From contig CAVQBK010000013.1 of NCBI GenBank assembly GCA_963710755.1, positions 1 through 64,000 of the forward strand: a stretch of 64,000 bases of DNA, read 5' to 3'. The notes beneath the pieces were generated by a model. The model searched no databases. It was not told the origin of the DNA and saw only the letters and a program-made list of their open reading frames with translations. Every line of letters starts with the position of its first letter. The first letter of the stretch is position 1. Made by a program: the position numbers and the translations under genes. Positions 60,701-64,000 of the stretch are shown here, piece by piece. The stretch is from an uncultured bacterium (GTDB lineage: Bacteria > Oederibacteriota > JAAXVQ01 > JAUVAV01).

Positions 60701-62670
60701 TCAACGCACTCCAGTGCAAACTGAAGTTTATGCATCTCGCGGTTATAATTGATCCCCAAATTTAACTTGAACTTATTCAAATCATCATGAGGTGTAAAAA
60801 CCAACGGCGCCAGTACCTCATCCAGATCCTGTTTTAACCTGGCGCCTGCATTAATTCTTGCCCGCCACCAAACCCAGGGCCTGCGCAGAACCATCAGCCG
60901 TGTCCATAAGCCTTGGCTGAAACGATAGGCACCCAACTCCTGATTGTGAATCAATTCAACGGCTTTTTCGGCTTGTTCAATGCCATTCTTGCCGCCAAAC
61001 CAGGCCATCCAGTATTTGCCAGCCAGGTTGGTGACCACCCTGTCATAGCTACTTTGAATTGACCCGAGCGCCTGCCTCCCTACCATCACTAACAAGGGCG
61101 GACCATTCCCCTTTTCAGAATAAAGTTTATATTCTGACGGCAGCTGACCCGCCCCCGCCTCCACCAGCAACGGTTGGGGCAAGCTCAATCCCAGATTGGC
61201 TAGGGTTGGCAGATAATCGTGGAGATCCACCTTTTCAAATCTGGCTAGGGTGGCCAGATAAAGCGCAAAAGTACGCAGGGTGTTGCCGCTCTTTTGCATG
61301 CTGTTCCTGACGGCCAGAACGGTCTGATTTTTTTCCAGCAGCTTTTCAACCGGCATGGAGCGGTTCTGAAGAATGTCAAAATAGGGATTAACCACACTGG
61401 TGCTGTTGAATCGCGGACGAATGGAAATAAAAGAAATATTTCTTGCTTTGAGGACAGCTTCTATCGCTTGGTTGTGAAAACCGCCGTTAATCATGACTGC
61501 GCTTTGCTGGCCGGTTTTAGCCATCCAGGCTTCCAGATTGTCCACAAAGCAGCGGCTGCGTTCATCAGCCAGCCGGTAAAAAGCCTCCACTTGATCGAGA
61601 TAGCGCTCCAGGGCCAGGGTATCGTCCAGCGCGATCATGTGCTGGGAGGAATCAAATTTTTCAAGAAATGTCAGGCATGATCTTAGCCGAAAATCCTGAC
61701 GATGACTTCTGAACTGAGTCACTTCCTGCGGGGTGGCGGATATATTAAACATCTTCGTCAGAAGTTCGAGCCGCTGGTCCCATTGATCTGCCTCCCTTTG
61801 GGAAGCCCTGGTGTATAAGCGCTCCCGTACACGGCTTTCCAATCGGCGTAAGGCAAGGGACCATTTCTCATGGGTCGTCAGGTCGGTTAATTTCTGAGGC
61901 GAACGGTGTATCCATTGATCAATGACTTCTAAATCGCGCTTATCCAGTCCAAGGCGTCGGCCAGTTTTTTGAAGAAACGCAGCATAAGCATAAATATCCG
62001 TCTTACCTTGCCGAAAATGCTGCGCCTGCTCTTCCAAAGTCTTGAGGGGCCCCTGGAAAAGCGTGTTTTTAACCTCCCGCAACCGCTCCTGTAGATCCAT
62101 GATCAGCCCCTGGGGCTCAGCGTTTAAAAACGCTTGTACGGACTGCAAACTTTTCCTGTAAAGCGGCGCCGACTCCACACCCACCGTGATCAGGGACTCG
62201 TTGCTGTTGGCAGCAAAAACATCGGCGCCTGTCATCCGGCCTTGTTTCATAAAAAAATCAGTGACCACTTCCCTGATAGCTCTATCATGGAAATCACGAA
62301 ATACATCATAATTAATAGATCCCCAGGCGCCTTCCTGGCCCAGTAATTTAAACCCATAATGGCGATGGAGATAGTTGAGCATATGGAGGATATTGTTTTG
62401 AACTTCATAATTACAATGCAGATCCTGGATAAGCACCACGGTTTTGGAACTGCCTTGAAAGGACGATTGGACGGTGCCCCATTTATTGGGCATAAGAAGA
62501 CGGTCACCATGAACTATTATGGAATGACCATTGGGTATGGTCTCAGAAACAGTGGGAAGGTTAAAAGACCAAACAAAAGTTGGCAAAAGCAACGCCAAGG
62601 TCAGGCCTAATGCCATAATTCTTTTAAATGCAATCAATAACAACACCCCCACAGCAACCACTACAATCAC
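57706..62670 (-). CDS. Large signal-peptide protein: giant-protein N-terminal domain, GT4 trehalose phosphorylase/synthase domain, C-terminal hydrophobic segments
   Basis: Signal-like FKRIMALGLTLALLLPTFVWS; IQDLHC...QEGA...GVE...GGFH; GGVAIMRH, HNNLQG, DDPQP, RSHIQ, ARFDPAK, QLSHREGFE. The true start may be ~62637 or 62616. Confidence 0.8.
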   Translation of the reverse strand: MIVVVAVGVLLLIAFKRIMALGLTLALLLPTFVWSFNLPTVSETIPNGHSIIVHGDRLLMPNKWGTVQSSFQGSSKTVVLIQDLHCNYEVQNNILHMLNYLHRHYGFKLLGQEGAWGSINYDVFRDFHDRAIREVVTDFFMKQGRMTGADVFAANSNESLITVGVESAPLYRKSLQSVQAFLNAEPQGLIMDLQERLREVKNTLFQGPLKTLEEQAQHFRQGKTDIYAYAAFLQKTGRRLGLDKRDLEVIDQWIHRSPQKLTDLTTHEKWSLALRRLESRVRERLYTRASQREADQWDQRLELLTKMFNISATPQEVTQFRSHRQDFRLRSCLTFLEKFDSSQHMIALDDTLALERYLDQVEAFYRLADERSRCFVDNLEAWMAKTGQQSAVMINGGFHNQAIEAVLKARNISFISIRPRFNSTSVVNPYFDILQNRSMPVEKLLEKNQTVLAVRNSMQKSGNTLRTFALYLATLARFEKVDLHDYLPTLANLGLSLPQPLLVEAGAGQLPSEYKLYSEKGNGPPLLVMVGRQALGSIQSSYDRVVTNLAGKYWMAWFGGKNGIEQAEKAVELIHNQELGAYRFSQGLWTRLMVLRRPWVWWRARINAGARLKQDLDEVLAPLVFTPHDDLNKFKLNLGINYNREMHKLQFALECVDESDPTRAPQHRLVTWETALPPPGALQKVMLGEMKQVRTVLGRELNLQVRIDAAGLLHAPLSGKTGALRAALWRTDTVLFYPNDLPDYAMPGEPSTNPFSHAQTAQDAAQAAGRALYVAAEEGYINPQTDEIYIHPLADKADYRKALGWFRYWALKAIAALYIKLNLSLVFVNTATFAGGVAIMRHENLRFLRMLGVDVHWLVIQPRPRTNPYLVTKQFHNNLQGVSQEELTEQNKATLVDFNAFNEPRVKRFIQEHQDKHLFFYVDDPQPSLLVPFLARLHMPILWRSHIQLDSAKMDDPDQPNARYGEFLADAVSNAGLMVFQEKEGTPKVFDKFKGRMLQMYPARDWFGLNKPRTKALAAYYGQRFNRILQDQGGQTALSLQRPIILQKARFDPAKAYEDAINAFYLLQKQLQPQRQKLEAELERLQARPNPRWLERRHIAALQREINQLNPQLVLEGNVANDDPDVYAIYTLCQLKAQGMSYEYYTDPAKLNDFAQQYFGQDFKFDRPLSKAWINLFYDDDPRVRAAMASLVDDIKIVRMPRDDQLLNSLFFLKKLFHVPMVYLQLSHREGFEFNIVEAMLQGIPPIVRNAGGMPAQVQQNRSGFIVDPVPDAGVFSKLVADKMAELLYAPWWKKMMMARAARRFAKTHFHTADLSIKYLLLTFLTLLGTQDQVWLQRFITKLEAKAGGVRQATDELLKGFILFWLSGELINFIKPTLQDSLVQIRSALDRWSEPKVNLWDQAVFNFKFVMEEIFQPFWSGHLDRTMAVLGRFKRVRALAFMLMLAYSTSSEAGTFWANPVWLQGLLSLGDSTLVPVAVVMAGTLGVLWQGIRAIRIKSQTDDTIAITVRDLPGVKHALEHPQESYGQNPYAANPIASLLEKAAAGLFEKPEMVLDILIICGPGQHFHVGWEMVKGERRFVVALPNIYRPLVKADASWSNLGWTRLWHGFLRWSLRINLNAAFKSLGHTPRNLFERERKIKGRQQRFLRPGSAV

Positions 62671-63126
62671 TGAAATACTATACTATATACCTAAACAAAT
62701 TAAATTAATTTGTCAAATTAATTCGCAGTTTTTTTGATAGAATTATTATTTTTATGAAGGATAATGTTTTATTTTAATACAGTGTAGAGTATTCAAATAA
62801 TAAGCTTTATTTTCAAGCAAAAATTAATGTTATCAAAGTTGGTCAATTTGCAAAATAGTTTTGTCATTGCATCACCTAGTTGGACGGAAGCTGGAGTTTG
62901 TAAAATCGCAAAATTTGGAACTGGAACTTGCCGATTGAATGACCAATAATACACCTGGTCGTCCAAACAACTTTTTACATCCGGTTTAATAATAATTGAT
63001 GACCCTTTCCCTCCAGTCATCCAAAGGTGTCCAAATAATGTTTTACTATCCAGCCTGCCCATGATGAACACACTGAAATACTCCATCAAGAGTACGGCTA
63101 AAAAAACTTTAAAAGGAGGTTTTTAA

Positions 63127-64000
63127 ATGAAGACACGTCAATTGGGCAAACAAGGATTAACCGTTTCAGCCATTGGTCTGGGATGTATGGGTATGTCCGA
63201 TTTTTACGGTTCCAAGGATGATCAGGAATCAGAGGCCACGATTAAACGTGCATTGGAGCTGGGCATAAATTTTCTCGACACTTCCGATATGTATGGACCC
63301 CATACCAACGAACAATTGGTGGGCCGTGCTATTCGTGGACGCAGACAAGAAGTCGTTTTGGCGACCAAATTCGGCATTGTACGTTCTGCCACCGATCCCA
63401 ATGTGCGCGGTGTGAATGGCCGGCCCGAATACGTACGCTCTTCCTGCGATGGCTCGCTGAAGCGATTGGGCGTGGATTATATTGACTTGTACTACCTGCA
63501 TCGGGTGGATCCCAAGGTCCCTATTGAAGAAACCGTGGGCGCCATGTCGGAATTGGTACAAGCCGGCAAAGTCCGCTACCTGGGATTGTCGGAAGCAGCA
63601 CCCCAGACCATTCGCCGGGCTCATAAGGTTCATCCCCTTTCCGCGCTCCAGACCGAATACTCTCTATGGAGCCGCGATCCGGAAAAGGAAATCCTCAGCA
63701 CAGTACGGGAATTAGGTATTGGGTTTGTGGCCTACAGTCCCCTGGGTCGCGGTTTTTTGACCGGCCGGTTTAAGAAACCCGATGATTTGGAGACCCATGA
63801 TTTCCGGCGTGCTACTCCAAGATTTCAGGATGAAAATTTCAATAAAAATCGAAAACTGGTGGAAGCACTGGAAAAAATCGCCGAGACCAAAGGCATTACC
63901 TCCGGGCAGTTGGCTCTGACCTGGGTTCTGTCCCAGGGTAACGATATTGTGCCTATTCCTGGAACCAGGCGGCGTACCCATTTAGAAGAAAACGCTGCCT
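63127..64000 (+). CDS. Aldo/keto reductase (runs off the window end)
   Basis: [64 protein letters not shown]. Not in the ORF track. Confidence 0.95.
   Translation, partial: MKTRQLGKQGLTVSAIGLGCMGMSDFYGSKDDQESEATIKRALELGINFLDTSDMYGPHTNEQLVGRAIRGRRQEVVLATKFGIVRSATDPNVRGVNGRPEYVRSSCDGSLKRLGVDYIDLYYLHRVDPKVPIEETVGAMSELVQAGKVRYLGLSEAAPQTIRRAHKVHPLSALQTEYSLWSRDPEKEILSTVRELGIGFVAYSPLGRGFLTGRFKKPDDLETHDFRRATPRFQDENFNKNRKLVEALEKIAETKGITSGQLALTWVLSQGNDIVPIPGTRRRTHLEENAA

Noticed and set aside
62793-63089. 98-aa minus-strand ORF upstream of the large protein
   Set aside because: Weak start, no RBS or recognisable motifs; may be a remnant or intergenic DNA, so it cannot be supported as a gene.

Overview
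A bacterial 64-kb window in three parts. (1) 1-12.2 kb is the AT-rich distal arm of an integrated phage/satellite-like element (start of a phage-type replication initiator at the window edge). It carries a minus-strand defence cluster: DUF3800, type III Mod, SIR2, HerA, type III Res, a PD-(D/E)XK nuclease and an uncharacterised HhH-glycosylase-like protein. It ends at tRNA-Asn-like 3'-end fragments (att-like). (2) 12.2-25 kb is an insertion hotspot with a very GC-rich two-gene cassette, IS481, an IS3 remnant, REP-associated HUH (RAYT-type) transposase copies and tails, a DUF4157/eCIS-core protein and two dispersed structured repeat families. (3) 25-64 kb is mostly metabolic and transport genes (SSS, MATE, DUF134-acr3-arsC, glgX, OYE, tatAC-DUF362-polyferredoxin, DEAD-box helicase, GH15, sugar porter, gap, aldo/keto reductase) plus a third RAYT copy. 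The most unusual item is a 1654-aa signal-peptide-bearing protein that fuses a conserved giant-protein N-terminal domain to a fungal-type trehalose phosphorylase, next to a sugar porter, GH15 and GAPDH. All family calls come from motif recognition by eye; no database search was run.
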